A DNA stretch of 64,000 nt from a bacterium (GCA_965261595.1 CBDHDG010000002.1:32001-96000); one strand, 5' to 3'. Counted from the stretch's first letter, positions 50,793 through 62,663 are shown. Notes: a model not told the origin generated them from the letters alone. Made by a program: numbers and translations.

Positions 50793-52947
50793 GTGATGGG
50801 AATTATCAGGAAAATGTTATTTCCGGCTTTTCTTTTGTGCACTTTGACTTGGCTCCAGCTGTTCAATCACCCAGCGTTGGGCCAGCTTCCCCCCGGCATG
50901 AAACCTTTCGAGACAACCAAGATCGCGGAAGGGGTTTACTCCTTTCGCTTCTTTTTTCACCGTAATATTTTCATCGTCACGGACGACGGTGTGATCGCGA
51001 CGGATCCTTTGAATCCCAAGGCAGCGCCGGCATCCTCATGCGGGAAATCAAAAAGATTACGGACAAGCCTGTGAAGTACCTCGTCTACAGTCACAACCAT
51101 TGGGACCACGTTCTCGGCGGGAAAATATTTCAACAAGCGGGCGCCGGGTGATCAGCCATGAAAATTGCGTCAGGGATTTCAAACGAAACCCCAACCCGGC
51201 GTTGGCCATGCCCGATGGAACGTTCAAAAGGCGGTATGACATCAAGTTGGGCGGGAAGACGTTGGAGCTTCACTATTTTTTTGGCCGCAGTCACGGGAAT
51301 TGCCTGATCGTAATGCGATTGCCGAAGGAAAAGATCCTTTTCACGGTTGACATCGTAGCGCCGAAGCGGGTGGGATTTCGATCCCTGCCGGATTACTATC
51401 CTGTCGATTGGGTGCGGTCCCTCAAAGAAATTGAAAAGCTCGATTTTGGACTTACCCCGGTTTCGTGGAGAGTTAAGCACTTGGGTTTTCAGGGTGTGCG
51501 TTGTTGTCTCCTTTCGTAGTTAACGGGTGACAGGTTGTCGATGGAGGAGTGCCGACGATGCGGGTTGTAGAAGCCCTTGATGAACCCGAACACCTCCATG
51601 CGCGCCTCGGCCCGGGTGCGGAAACTGTGGCGAGCGAGGAGCTCGCACTCCAGCGTGGCGAAAAAGCTCTCACAGAGCGCGTTGTCGTAGCAGTCCCCGA
51701 CCGAACCCATGGAGGGACGCCCGCCCGCCTGCCGGCAGCGCTGCCCAAAGGCGACCGAGGTGTACTGCGTGCCCTGGTCGGAGTGGTGGATGACGGCCCG
51801 GGGACGGCGCTTATACAGCGCCATGTCGAGCGCGTCGAGCACCAACTCGGCCCGCAGGTGTGTGGCCATCGACCACCCCACGATGCGCCGGCTGAACGCA
51901 TCGAGCGCCACGGCCAGATACAAAAACCCCGCCCATGTCGGAACGTAGGTGATGTCGGCCACCCACAGCCGGTCGGGGGCCTCGGCCGTGAAGTTGCGGT
52001 CCACCAGATCAGGGGCCGGCCGCGCCTCCTGCCGGCGCTGCGTCGTGCGCGCTCCCTTGCGCCGACTGACGCCCGCAAGTCCCGCCCCACGCATCAGCCT
52101 GGCGACGCGCTTGCGGCCCACACGCACTCCCTCAGCCTCCAACTCGGCATGGACGCGCGGCACGCCGTAAGTCCCCCGAGAACGCTCGTGGATCGCCTGA
52201 ATGCGTTTGGTGAGCGCCCGATCGGCACACGAGCGGGCACACGGCGCGCGCCTGCGCCACGCGTAGTAGCCGCTGGAGGAGACGCCCAGCACCCGGCACA
52301 TGGTGGCGGTCCGATACATGGCCTGGTTCGCCCTCACGAACCCGTAGATCCGGACGGGATCGAATCGGTATCCCGAGCAAACCAGGCCGCGGCTTTTGCT
52401 AAGATCTCCCGCTCCTGGCGGAGCTGTCGGTTCTCGCGGCGAAGTCGGCGCAACTCCTCCCGCTCATCGCTCGTGAGCCCGTCTTTGCGACGCCCCTCGT
52501 CAACGTCGGCTTGATGGGCCCAGGTGCGGATCGTCTGCGCCGAGGGCTCGAACTCGTGCGCCAGCGCCTCGGGCGTGCGTCCCGCCCGGACCAACTCTAC
52601 CATCTGGCAGCGGAACTCCATTGGATAGCGTGGGTGAGTCTGTGGCATCGTGAACACCTCCTTTACCCCCAAATCATCAGGTGTCCACCAAACCGGGTCA
52701 ACTCCATTTCGACCGTATCGTCCCGGGCCACGGACCTGTTGTTGCGCCTGCGTCCGCCGTCAGGGAGCAACGGGAATTTCTCGAGGATCTCCTTGCCGCC
52801 GTCAAAGACGCCATGATGAAATCGCGAAATTCCAATAAAGTGCGGGAAATGGTCAGGCTTCCCAAGTATGAGAAATGGGCGTTCTACAAAGGGTGGCTCG
52901 GCATGAATGTCGAGCGGATATGGGTTTATTACAGAACGGGTTGGTAA
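50793..52947 (+). pseudogene. Secreted MBL-fold metallo-hydrolase, IS3-disrupted and frameshifted
   Basis: Signal peptide; SHNHWDH near 51090, SHG, VD; LDF-DRIVPGHG restored by removing the IS. Confidence 0.88.
51447..52706 (-). mobile_element. IS3-family element related to 33675..35085
   Basis: TG..CA IRs, 3-bp duplication TTT; orfA to 52334, orfB 51489-52337 with DDE motifs. Confidence 0.95.
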
Positions 52948-53015
52948 GTCATATATGTGTCCGGTTGTTTACATGAAGTCTGGATTGAACGATGAGTAAA
53001 CTTCGGGGGATTCTG

Positions 53016-53431
53016 TTAGCGTTCGTCGCGTTTTTGGCGGCCATTGGCATCGGCGGCGCGTTTATCTACTTGTTGGAATCCCGTCGGGATCAGGAAAAAC
53101 GTCTGGTCGTTGGTGAGTTGGCCGCCGCGCAGGCCTGAAGGGCCTTGTCTTTGGTTTCCGCGTCCAAGCGGCCGGTGACGAGGATGACCTGAAGGCGGGG
53201 ATCCCGGGTCTTGATTAGTTTCAGGTAGGTGATTCCGCACTCACCGGGCAACACGGCGTCGAGCAAAATCAAGTCGGGAGGGTCGTTCGACAGGAACGTC
53301 TCGGCCTCGTCCAGGTTCAAGGCGATATCCACATCAAATTGCTCGCCCAACAGGTCCGCCAGAATTTGGTTGGACAGCTCTTCGTCATCGATGATTAAAA
53401 TGCGGGCTTTGGAAGGCTCCCCCACCAATTG
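53016..53431 (-). pseudogene. Single-domain response regulator with degenerate C-terminus
   Basis: ILIIDD, PDLILLDAVLP, VILVTG; the conserved KPF motif is not recovered in frame. Confidence 0.7.
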
Positions 53432-53775
53432 TTCTCCCTCCTGAGCCAATGAACCCCCATCATGACCCAAATGTGTCGCCAGCCACGCAATGTATCATAC
53501 TTCGGCGCCCGTTGGCTTTTGAATTCCTTTTTCACCTCTGAACCCTTGGGTCGGTGGACCCTTTCCGGAGGAGCGGGCCGGGCGATCGGCCGATGGAATT
53601 CCCCGAGGCGATCCCGGCGGTGGACGCGCTTTGTCAAATGATTATTGTTCCTGTTAATATTCAAAGGGTTGCGGCCGGAGAAGCGTTTTGAGCGGCAAGG
53701 GTGTCCGGGCCGGGTGAAAGTCGGTGCGCTTGCCGGCGGGTTGCGGAAAGCGCCTGGAAGAAAAGGGGATTCGAT

Positions 53776-55539
53776 ATGGGGCCGGGTCAAGGCGGGGGAA
53801 GGGGGGGGGGAGCGCCGGGTCGGACCGGCGCGGAATTCCTTGTGGAGTTCCTTCGTGAAAAGAAGGTGGACACCATTTTCGGGGCCGGCGGCTCCACCCT
53901 CATTTCGCTGACCGATGCCCTGCTGGACGCCCCCGACATCCGTTACATCCTCTCGACCCACGAGTTTTGCACGGTCGCTATGGCCGACGCGTACGCGCGC
54001 GCCTCGAACCGTCCGGGCGTGGCCGCCGTTCACGTGGGGCCGGGAACGATGAACGCCCTCGGCGCCATGTACAGCGCGCTTCGCGAGCGGTCGCCCGTCG
54101 TGATCCTGTGCGGGCAGCGGAGTACGCGAATACTCGGCCGGGACAGCCTCAACGAGGTCCGCGACCTCGCCGAGGTCCCCAGGGAATGCGTCAAGTGGAG
54201 CGTTCAGGTCGAGCGGCCGGATCGGTTGCCCGAGGTCCTGGACCGGGCCTTTCAGATCGCCCTCTCACCGCCCCAGGGGCCTGTTTTCATCTCTCTGCCG
54301 AAAGACGTGATGATGGGAGAAGTTCCCGAAGACGCGAGGCGGACCGGGCTCGGGGAGGAGGAGGGGGGGAAGGGGGAGGCGGTTCCCCGGCTCCGGGGGG
54401 ATCCGGGCCGGGTGAGGGAGGTGTCGGACAGGCTCCGGCGGGCCGCGCGGCCGCTCCTCCTGATGGGAAGCGGCGTCGCCCGAAGCCGGGCGTCGCGGGC
54501 CTTGGTCGGCGTGGCCGAGCGGGTCGGTGCGCCCATCGTGAGCGAGGTCCCCTTTTCGAGTCTCTGGGAATTCCCTACGGACCATCCGCTTTACCAGGGG
54601 GATTTCTCTCCCCGCTCGCCCCTCGTGTTGGAATGCGACCTGATCCTCTCGATCGGCGGGTCGGTCTTCCAGGAAAAGGATTTCACGCCGGAGACCGTCT
54701 TTCCGCCCGGCGTTCCGCTCCTCCAGATCCATCCGGACCCCTGGGAGATCGGCAAGATGTTTCCCGTGGAGGTCGCTGTCGTCGCGGATGAGCGGTCCGC
54801 CCTCGAGGACCTGGCGGCGCTGTTGGACGCGGACCCGATGGACGAAGAGAAGAAGGCCTCCCGGACCGCGGAATGCAGGGAACGCAAGGCGTCGGCCCGG
54901 GCGGCGCTCGAAGAGAAGGCCGAGCTTGGATGGGGGGAGGCGCCCCTCAAGGCCTGGCAGGTCGTTAAAGAGATCATGGACGTCGCCGGGCCGGACGCGA
55001 TCGTAATCGAGGAGTGCGTCACGGCGGCGGAGAGCGTCCGCGCTTTCGGAAACACGGGGACCCTCATCCCCGAGAACCGCGCTGGCCACCTGGGGTGGGG
55101 GGTCTCGGGCGCCATCGGGACGAAGCTCGCCCTCCCGGACCGCCCCGTCGTGGCCTTTCTCGGAGACGGCTCGTTCATGTTCGGCGTCCAGGGCGTGTGG
55201 ACGGCGGCCAAGTTCGGCGTCCCGGTCTTGTTCGTGGTCTTCCGGAATCGGGCGTATATGGTGGATCGCTCTCGCAAGGCGTTGGAGCGGGAGGTTTTTA
55301 TCGGGACCGACCTGGGCAATCCCGACATCCGCTTCGCGGAGCTCGGCCGGAGCCTCGGGGTGGATGGGTTCCGGGTGGAAGACCCCGCGGACCTACGGCC
55401 CACCGCCGAAAAGGCCCTCGCGAGCGGCCGGCCGGCCCTCATCGAGTGCGTCATGGAAGAGAAGAACGCGCGCCGGATCTTCGAGGATATTCAGTGGCAG
55501 CCCTGGCTGGCGATCCACTCATCCGGCGGGCCGGGCTGA
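53776..55539 (+). CDS. Thiamine-pyrophosphate-dependent enzyme (benzoylformate decarboxylase/ALS-like)
   Basis: HE..MADAYAR, HVGPG, GPVFISLPKD, GDGS...N. Confidence 0.92.
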   Translation: MGPGQGGGRGGGAPGRTGAEFLVEFLREKKVDTIFGAGGSTLISLTDALLDAPDIRYILSTHEFCTVAMADAYARASNRPGVAAVHVGPGTMNALGAMYSALRERSPVVILCGQRSTRILGRDSLNEVRDLAEVPRECVKWSVQVERPDRLPEVLDRAFQIALSPPQGPVFISLPKDVMMGEVPEDARRTGLGEEEGGKGEAVPRLRGDPGRVREVSDRLRRAARPLLLMGSGVARSRASRALVGVAERVGAPIVSEVPFSSLWEFPTDHPLYQGDFSPRSPLVLECDLILSIGGSVFQEKDFTPETVFPPGVPLLQIHPDPWEIGKMFPVEVAVVADERSALEDLAALLDADPMDEEKKASRTAECRERKASARAALEEKAELGWGEAPLKAWQVVKEIMDVAGPDAIVIEECVTAAESVRAFGNTGTLIPENRAGHLGWGVSGAIGTKLALPDRPVVAFLGDGSFMFGVQGVWTAAKFGVPVLFVVFRNRAYMVDRSRKALEREVFIGTDLGNPDIRFAELGRSLGVDGFRVEDPADLRPTAEKALASGRPALIECVMEEKNARRIFEDIQWQPWLAIHSSGGPG

Positions 55540-55616
55540 AGGAGGGAGAGAAGTTTTTGTCGTAAAGATCAGGGAGGGGGGGAGAACGTTCCATCATCGA
55601 ACGGAGGAGAGAGGCA

Positions 55617-56888
55617 TTGGAAAGGTCACTGGCCTTAACGGGCGCCCGGCTGATTGATGGCACGGGCCGGGAACCCATCGAGGACGCCTGCGTCCTGATT
55701 GAAGGCGGTGAGATCAAGGCGGCCGGCGGAAAGAGCGAGGTGCGGGTTCCGGACGGCGCGCGGGTGATCCAGGCCGGGGGGAAGACCGTCATGCCCGGCC
55801 TTGTGGATCCCGAAGTCCACCTGAGATCCGGCCCGCCCCCCACCGATGACGCCCCCCTGGAGACCCAGGCGCTCAAAGCCGCCTGCAACGCCGTCCGCAT
55901 TCTCCGGGCGGGGGTGACCACGATCGGGAACGCGGGCTTCGGCGAAAATACGGACGTCAGGATCCGGGACGCCATTGCCGATGGGATTGTCGCCGGGCCC
56001 CGGATTCTCGCATCGGGAAACCCCGTCCAGTGCACGGCGGGCCATGGCTTCATGCGCTCCCCGGGCGTCGCGGGACTTCGGGCCGATGGGGTCGAAGGCG
56101 TGCGCAAGGCCGTGCGCGCCCAGTTCGAGGCGGGCGTGGACTGGATCAAGATAAACGCCTCCGGCGGGATCGAGTGGATGGGCCAGTTGCCGATCCGGAA
56201 CTTTCCATCGTGGTTGAACTTTTCGTTGGCGGAGCTCCGGGCCATCGCGGAGGAGGCCCACGCCTTCGGCATGAAGGTCAACGCGCACGTCCAGTGCAAA
56301 GAAGGGATCAAGCGGTGCCTGGAGGCGGGAATTGACACCTTCGAGCACGGCTCAACCCTGGACGATGAAGACATCGAGAAAATGGTCACGCAGGAGACCT
56401 TCCTGCTGCCCACGTTCGCTCACTGCCGGATGATCCTCGAGAAGTTCGAAGCGGCGGGCGCGCCGGGGCGGGCCCTGGACATCGTGAAGCGGCACAACGA
56501 GGCCCATGCCCGAAGCTTCGAGATGGCGCGGAAGGCCGGGGTGAACTATGCCATGTGCTCGGATTCCGGGAGCAGCCCCGTCCACGGGGCCAACGCCATC
56601 GAGTTGGAGGAGCTGACGCGCCAGGGACTGTCTCCGCTGGAAGCCGTTCACGCGGCCACCGGCCGCGCCGCCGAGGCCCTGGGGCTTCAGGAGCATATCG
56701 GGACGCTGGAAGCGGGAAAACGGGCCGACCTGTTGCTGATCGACGGGTCTCCCCTGGAGGACATCCGGATTCTTCAGGACGCGGACCGGATGCTCATGGT
56801 GATCAAAGACGGAGAGATTGTTTGCGAGGGGGAGGGGGTGAGCGCCTCGCGGTGTCCGCCCCTTCAGGGCTGGCCCGCCGGGGACTGA
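55617..56888 (+). CDS. Metal-dependent amidohydrolase (Xaa-Pro dipeptidase-like subgroup)
   Basis: MPGLVDPEVH, GVTT, KINASGG, AH, EHG, SD, GKRADL. Confidence 0.9.
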   Translation: MERSLALTGARLIDGTGREPIEDACVLIEGGEIKAAGGKSEVRVPDGARVIQAGGKTVMPGLVDPEVHLRSGPPPTDDAPLETQALKAACNAVRILRAGVTTIGNAGFGENTDVRIRDAIADGIVAGPRILASGNPVQCTAGHGFMRSPGVAGLRADGVEGVRKAVRAQFEAGVDWIKINASGGIEWMGQLPIRNFPSWLNFSLAELRAIAEEAHAFGMKVNAHVQCKEGIKRCLEAGIDTFEHGSTLDDEDIEKMVTQETFLLPTFAHCRMILEKFEAAGAPGRALDIVKRHNEAHARSFEMARKAGVNYAMCSDSGSSPVHGANAIELEELTRQGLSPLEAVHAATGRAAEALGLQEHIGTLEAGKRADLLLIDGSPLEDIRILQDADRMLMVIKDGEIVCEGEGVSASRCPPLQGWPAGD

Positions 56889-57037
56889 CTAAGCCCCGGG
56901 CCGTTTTCAGACGTGCGCGTCTCACTGAATCCCCCCCCCTTCCCCTCCGCGTTATCGGCGGGGCCGGGGGTCTTTGAGAGAGCCCCCTCCATTCCCCCCC
57001 GTTGCGGCGGTTTCCCCAACCCGGAGGACGAGTGCGA

Positions 57038-58029
57038 ATGCCGGCCATTGACATGCACTGTCACTTCTTCCCGAAGGCGTACATCGCCGAAGCGCTCCGG
57101 GGGGAGGTGTACGGGGAGGGGGAGGCGGGCCGGGAAGCCGCGTGGAGGGGTCTGCTTCGCCACCGCGTGATGACCGATCCGGCGATGAGCGACGTGGACC
57201 TCCATCTGGAGGCCATGGAGGAGGCGGGGACTGAAATTCAGGTCCTTTCCGTCGTCGGTCCCAGCGTCTATTTTCAGGACCCGGAGCGCAGCCTTTCCCT
57301 GAGCCGTCTTTGCAACGAAACCCTTTCCGGCATTCGCCGAAACATCCGGATCGGTTTCGGGCGTTGGCCTCCGTCCCGATCCATTGCGGCGGCCGCGGTC
57401 TGGACGAGCTGGCCTACGCGTTGGATGACCTGGGGCTGGACGGCGTCCTGCTGGGTTCGAACATCCGCGGCCGCTACCTGGACAGCCCCGAGTTCGCTCC
57501 GTTTTTCGAGGAGGCCGATCGGCGGGGGCTTCTGGTTTTCGTCCACCCGATGGCCCCCCCGGCGGCGGACGTGATGGGAGAGTACAACATGCTGCCCATC
57601 GTGGGGTTCATTTTCGATACGACGCTTTCCGTGACCAGGCTGATCTTCTCCGGCGTCTTTGAGCGGTTTCCCCGGATTCGAATGGTCGTCGCCCACCTCG
57701 GGGCGGCCGTTCCCTACCTGATCGGCCGGATGGACCGGAATTATCATTTGCGGGAAGCCTGCCGGGAACACATCCCCCGCCTCCCGAGCCATTACCTGCG
57801 GCGGCTCTATCTGGACTCGATCGGGAGCGACCCGGAGGCCCTGGCATTCGCCGCCGGGAAGGTGGGCGCGGACCGGATCGTGTTTGGAACGGACTACCCG
57901 TTCGTCAAATCCATCGCCGAGGCCGAAGCGAACGTCCGGGAATCGGGACTGGAGAACGGGGTCTGTGAAGGGATCCTCAAAGGGAACGCCCTCGGCCTTT
58001 TGGGCGGCCTTGAAAGCAACGGGAAATAA
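57038..58029 (+). CDS. Amidohydrolase_2 (ACMSD-like decarboxylase), apparent frameshift near 57338
   Basis: IDMHCH in one frame; HPDRF, FVHP, AHLG and FGTDYP in another. Either a pseudogene or a sequencing error. Confidence 0.85.
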
Positions 58030-58255
58030 CCCTTCAATCCGTTTGATTGCGCCGTTTCGAATGTGAAAGGTCTACGCGCTCCGCGAGCCGGGTGGAGACG
58101 CCGGATTTCGTTGACAGTTATTGGGCCTTCTGTTAGCGCGATCGGCCTTCCGAAGGTGGAATCCTTGCATCCGGTAGGGTTCAGAAATCCGGGCGGAGCG
58201 TTCAAGATTTTCGCCCATGGGAAGCGCTTCGCGAATTTCGTTAAGGAGGGACAGT

Positions 58256-59272
58256 GTGATGATGGCTGGAATGCTGAAGAGAAGTCTCAGGCGTGCGGCG
58301 GTTCTCGTCTTACTTTGGATGGGCGTTTTCTCCATCTCGACATTCACCCAGTGGGGATTCCCGCCGGAGGCGGAAGCGGCTGAATCCGTCACGGTCAGCA
58401 TGTCGTGGCTCTTCTCCGGACGGCACTCCTGGTATTTTGCCGCCATGGATAACGGATATTTCAAGAAAGAGAACCTGACGGTCAAGATCATCCGTGGATA
58501 TGGCGGGGGAGACACCGTGAAGAAACTCAGCACGGGCGCGTTCCAGGCCGCGGAGATTGATGCGGGCAATACGATCATCGCGCGATCGAGGGGCGCCAAG
58601 GTCAAGATGATCAGCGTCCATTTGATTAAGGCCCCCTTTGGGATATTCTCCCTCAAGCCCGCCGGCATTAAAAAGCCCCAAGACCTGCATGGCAAAACCA
58701 TCGGAGCCGGAAAGATCGACGCGATGCGCGTCCTGTTCCCGGCGTTTGCGAAAAAAGCGGGCATTGACGCCTCCAAGGTCACTTGGATGTCCATGATTCC
58801 CTCCGGCAAGGTGGGCGCCCTGAAGCGGAAGAAGTTGCATGCCATCACCGGGTACGTCGACTCCTTCGGCGGCGCGCTGATGGTCAAGGGTTTCAACTTC
58901 CAAATCCTCCGATTCGCCAACTATGGCTTTGACGTCCTTTCCAATGGAATCGTGACCACCGACAAGGTCATCGCGGACCGGTCGTCGATGCTGAAGAGTT
59001 TGACGGGGGCCGTGAATCGGGCAATCGTTTGGACAATGGCCAACCAGAAGGAAGCCGTCCGGATTATGTCCAAGCACCACCCCGAGTCGAACGCCAAGAT
59101 CTTCAGCAAGCAACTGGAAATCACCGCCGAGTTCATGGGTGACATCAACCGGCCTCATTTCGGACGAATCGATCGGGATCGGATGAAGGTCACCCGGGAT
59201 CTGTTGGTGAAGGCGATGAACCTGAAGCCAGTGGCCTTGGACGATATCTACACGAACCGGTTTGTCGATTAG
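58256..59272 (+). CDS. ABC transporter substrate-binding protein, NMT1/THI5-like
   Basis: AAGGAGG RBS, signal peptide, W..SGRH...AMDNGYFKKENL.V...G.GG, DLHGKTIG. Confidence 0.9.
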   Translation: MMMAGMLKRSLRRAAVLVLLWMGVFSISTFTQWGFPPEAEAAESVTVSMSWLFSGRHSWYFAAMDNGYFKKENLTVKIIRGYGGGDTVKKLSTGAFQAAEIDAGNTIIARSRGAKVKMISVHLIKAPFGIFSLKPAGIKKPQDLHGKTIGAGKIDAMRVLFPAFAKKAGIDASKVTWMSMIPSGKVGALKRKKLHAITGYVDSFGGALMVKGFNFQILRFANYGFDVLSNGIVTTDKVIADRSSMLKSLTGAVNRAIVWTMANQKEAVRIMSKHHPESNAKIFSKQLEITAEFMGDINRPHFGRIDRDRMKVTRDLLVKAMNLKPVALDDIYTNRFVD

Positions 59273-59408
59273 ACGGCCGCCGTTTTTCCATCGGCCGAAA
59301 ATCCGCTTCTTGCGCCCGCGGTGCGACGCCCCGGCGGGAAAGGCGCGTGTCCGCTCGGTTCTCCCAGGCGTCTCTCCGTGAACCCCTAGACTTCCCAGGC
59401 CACCGAAG

Positions 59409-61673
59409 ATGCCGACGCCACTGAAGGTCGGGACATCCACTCCCCGGTTTGACGCCTACCCGAAAGCGGAAGGGGCGCCGTTCTTCGGCGGGGACCTGGC
59501 GCCCGCGGGGTCTCTGATCGGCGGGGTCCTTCGGTGTCCGCACCCCTCGGCGGCGGTCCTCCGAATCGAGACGGGTCCCGCGAAGGAGGTGGCGGAGGCC
59601 GTCCTCACCGCCGCCGACATCCCCGGGTTGAACGCTCATGAAAACCGGTTCGGGCCGGACCAGCCGGTTCTGGCCGGGGACCGGGTGAGATTCCGGGGGC
59701 AGGCCGTGGCGCTGGTTGCGGCCAAGACCCGGCCGCTCGTCGAGGAGGCTCTCCGGCGAATCGAGGTTCGATACAAAACGCATCCGGCCGTCTTCGACCC
59801 CGCCGAGGCCATGCGCCCGGAGGCCCCCCCCGTCCACGAAGGCGGGAACGTCGCCCGCCATTGGTCGCTGCGCCGGGGGGACGTCGAGGAGGGTTTCCGC
59901 AAAGCCCGCCGGATTGTCGAGGATACGTACGAGACGCCGTTCGGCGAGCACGCCTTCCTCGAGCCCGAGGCCGGGTCCGCGTGGGTGGAGGCCGACGGGC
60001 GGATCACGGTCCGCCTCGCGACCCAACAGGTGGAGAATCACCGGGCGGTGGCGAAGGTCCTGGGCGTTGGCGCGGATCGGGTCCGCATCCTCGGGACGTT
60101 CGCCGGCGGGGCCTTCGGGGGGAAGGAAGATCCCTGCCTGGAGATCTACCTGACGCTGCTCGCCCGGGAGACGGGAAGGCCCGTTTCCATCACCCTCAGC
60201 CGCGAGGCCTCCTTTCTCGCCCACAGCAAGAAGCATCCTTTCCGGATGAAATACCGGATCGGGGCCGACGCCGAGGGGCGGTTGACCGCCCTGGAGGTCG
60301 AGATGATCGCCGACGTGGGCGCTCATCTCTATCTGAGTCCGATGATCACGCTGAACGCCACCCTCCTGGCCCAGGGGCCTTACCGGGTTCCCGCGGTCTC
60401 GGTGGAGACGTACGCCGTTTTCACGAACAACCTTCCGACGAGCACCATGCGCGGCGTCGGAATCACACAGGTCACCTTCGCCCTCGAGTCTCAGATGGAT
60501 GAGCTGGCGAGGGCGTCGGGGATCGACCCGCTGGAGTTCCGCCGCCGTAACTTTCTCCGCGCCGGGGACTTCATGGCCGCCGGCCAAAAGGTTGCGCGGC
60601 GCCTGCCGCTGGAGGAGACGGCGCGCCGGGCGTGGGAGGCCCTCGGTCCCGCTTCCGGATTCGACGGACGCGCCCGCAAGGTGCGCGTGGGCCGGGGGAT
60701 CGCCTCGAACCTCTCCGGTTACGCCAAGCCCGGACGCGCGGCCGAGGCCGAAGTCTCTTTGGACGCCCGGGGACGGGCCGTCGTCCGGACGAGCGCGACG
60801 GACCTGGGCTCCGGCCAGAGCGCCGCCTGGGTCCAGATTGTGGGCGATACGCTGGGCCTGGGTGAATCCGAGGTTGTTCTGGAGCCTCCGGACAGCGCGG
60901 CGTCTCCGTCGGCCGGGATCACGGCCGGGAGCATGCAGCTCACCAAGGCGGGCAACGCCGTTCTCCGGGCCGCCGCCGAGGTGCGCGGGCGCATCCTGCG
61001 GCGCGCGGCCGAGATGCTCGAGTCCGGAGAGGAGGACCTGATTCTGGAGGGAGGGGAAGTCCGGCACCGGGCCGCGCCGGAGCGGGCCGTCTCGTTGGCC
61101 GAAGTCGCGGCCGCCGAGGCCGGGAAGGGGAAGGGGGAGGGGGAGGGAGGAGAGATCTCCTCCCGGGCCGAATACGCCTTTCCCCCGGGGAGCTTCGACA
61201 AGGCCGGAACGTCGGATGGGAACGGCTGGCTGGATTACACGCCGGGAACCCACGCCGCCGAGGTGGCCGTGGATGAGGAAACCGGAGAAATCGTCGTTTT
61301 GAGGCTGGCCGCCTGCCACGACGTGGGCCGGGCTGTTCATCCCCAGACGGTCGAGGGACAACTCGAAGGCGGGGGTGTCATGGGATTGGGGTACGCCCTG
61401 ATGGAAGAAGTCGTTTTGGAAGAGGGGACGCTCAAGACCGAGAATTTGGAGCAGTTCCTCATCCCCACCGCCCTCGACGCACCGGAGGTCTTGCCCATTT
61501 TGTTGGAGTCCGGCGCCGGCATCGGCCCGTATGGCGCCCGGGGGATCGGGGAGCCTCCTTGCAACGTCCCCGCCGCCGCCGTGGCCAACGCCGTCCGGGA
61601 CGCTGTCGGGGCCCGCGTCACATCTTTGCCCATGACACCGGAGAAGGTGCTTCAGGCGATGCGGAAGGGGTAG
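59409..61673 (+). CDS. Xanthine dehydrogenase-family molybdopterin-binding subunit
   Basis: EHAFLEPE, GGAFGGK, MRG.G, DLGSG, HDVGR, GQLEGG, RGIGEPP. Confidence 0.93.
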   Translation: MPTPLKVGTSTPRFDAYPKAEGAPFFGGDLAPAGSLIGGVLRCPHPSAAVLRIETGPAKEVAEAVLTAADIPGLNAHENRFGPDQPVLAGDRVRFRGQAVALVAAKTRPLVEEALRRIEVRYKTHPAVFDPAEAMRPEAPPVHEGGNVARHWSLRRGDVEEGFRKARRIVEDTYETPFGEHAFLEPEAGSAWVEADGRITVRLATQQVENHRAVAKVLGVGADRVRILGTFAGGAFGGKEDPCLEIYLTLLARETGRPVSITLSREASFLAHSKKHPFRMKYRIGADAEGRLTALEVEMIADVGAHLYLSPMITLNATLLAQGPYRVPAVSVETYAVFTNNLPTSTMRGVGITQVTFALESQMDELARASGIDPLEFRRRNFLRAGDFMAAGQKVARRLPLEETARRAWEALGPASGFDGRARKVRVGRGIASNLSGYAKPGRAAEAEVSLDARGRAVVRTSATDLGSGQSAAWVQIVGDTLGLGESEVVLEPPDSAASPSAGITAGSMQLTKAGNAVLRAAAEVRGRILRRAAEMLESGEEDLILEGGEVRHRAAPERAVSLAEVAAAEAGKGKGEGEGGEISSRAEYAFPPGSFDKAGTSDGNGWLDYTPGTHAAEVAVDEETGEIVVLRLAACHDVGRAVHPQTVEGQLEGGGVMGLGYALMEEVVLEEGTLKTENLEQFLIPTALDAPEVLPILLESGAGIGPYGARGIGEPPCNVPAAAVANAVRDAVGARVTSLPMTPEKVLQAMRKG

Positions 61674-61753
61674 GATCGGCGGAGCGCGTTCCGGCCCTCA
61701 CAAGAGGATGCGGGTCCGGTCAAGAATTCGGTTGTGAAAGCGGAGACCAAGAG

Positions 61754-62470
61754 ATGTCGGACGTCCTGGAGCTGAGAGAAAAGCTGGTGACGTGCCTGAA
61801 GATCTTCGATCACGGAGGGCTTTTGGGGATGTACGGCCACGTCAGCGTCCGGCTGCCCGAGACAGAGGGGGAAGGGGGAGGAGGGGAGTTCCTCATCAAC
61901 CCCGGCGCGGGGTCCGACAAGTCCGCGCTTCGGCCCGAGGACCTGCTGCGTGTGGACTACCGGGGGGAAAAGCTGGAAGGAGAAGGGGGGCTCCCCATGG
62001 AGGTCGTCATGCACACCGCCGTTCATCGCCGGTATGAAGACGCCGTCGCCATCGCCCACCTCCATCCCCCTTGGGCCACGCTCTTTGCCATCGCCCGGAC
62101 GCCCATCCGGCCGGTGGTCCTCCACGGCGCCCTGTTCGGGGACGGGATTCCCGTCTACGACAAAGCGGAGTTCATCATCACCGAGGAGGAAGGCGAGGAC
62201 ATGGCCGAATTCCGGGGCGATCACCGTGTGATCCTCCTGAGGTGCCACGGCACGATTGGGGTGGGGGGATCGCTGGAGGAAGTCGTTTTCACATCGTTCA
62301 CGCTGGAAGAGAACGCCGAGATGCAGTATCGCGCGGCCTCCCTGGGTGAGCTGGACCCCATGCGCCCGCATGAAGTGGAGAAGATCCGTTCCTCTTTAGG
62401 ACAGGAGATCCGCTGGAAGAAGTTCTGGGACTACCATGCCGGCCTGCTTGAGAGCGGCGACTTCGCGTAA
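61754..62470 (+). CDS. Class II aldolase/adducin-family protein
   Basis: GHVSVR, EVVMH, HLH, LLRCHG. Confidence 0.9.
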   Translation: MSDVLELREKLVTCLKIFDHGGLLGMYGHVSVRLPETEGEGGGGEFLINPGAGSDKSALRPEDLLRVDYRGEKLEGEGGLPMEVVMHTAVHRRYEDAVAIAHLHPPWATLFAIARTPIRPVVLHGALFGDGIPVYDKAEFIITEEEGEDMAEFRGDHRVILLRCHGTIGVGGSLEEVVFTSFTLEENAEMQYRAASLGELDPMRPHEVEKIRSSLGQEIRWKKFWDYHAGLLESGDFA

Positions 62471-62663
62471 AGGAGAAATGGGGGGGAGGGGAGGGGGGGG
62501 AGCAGTTCTTCATTTCAATACTTCCCCCCCCCCCATGTTTCAAAGGAGGCGGGCCGCTGCCCCTTCCCGGTTTGCGCGGGACGCTCATTGCCGGCCCCTG
62601 ACGCGCTTCCTATATAATCCTTCCAACGAGCAACCTCCGTCCCCTCAACGTGAAGCGTCAAGG

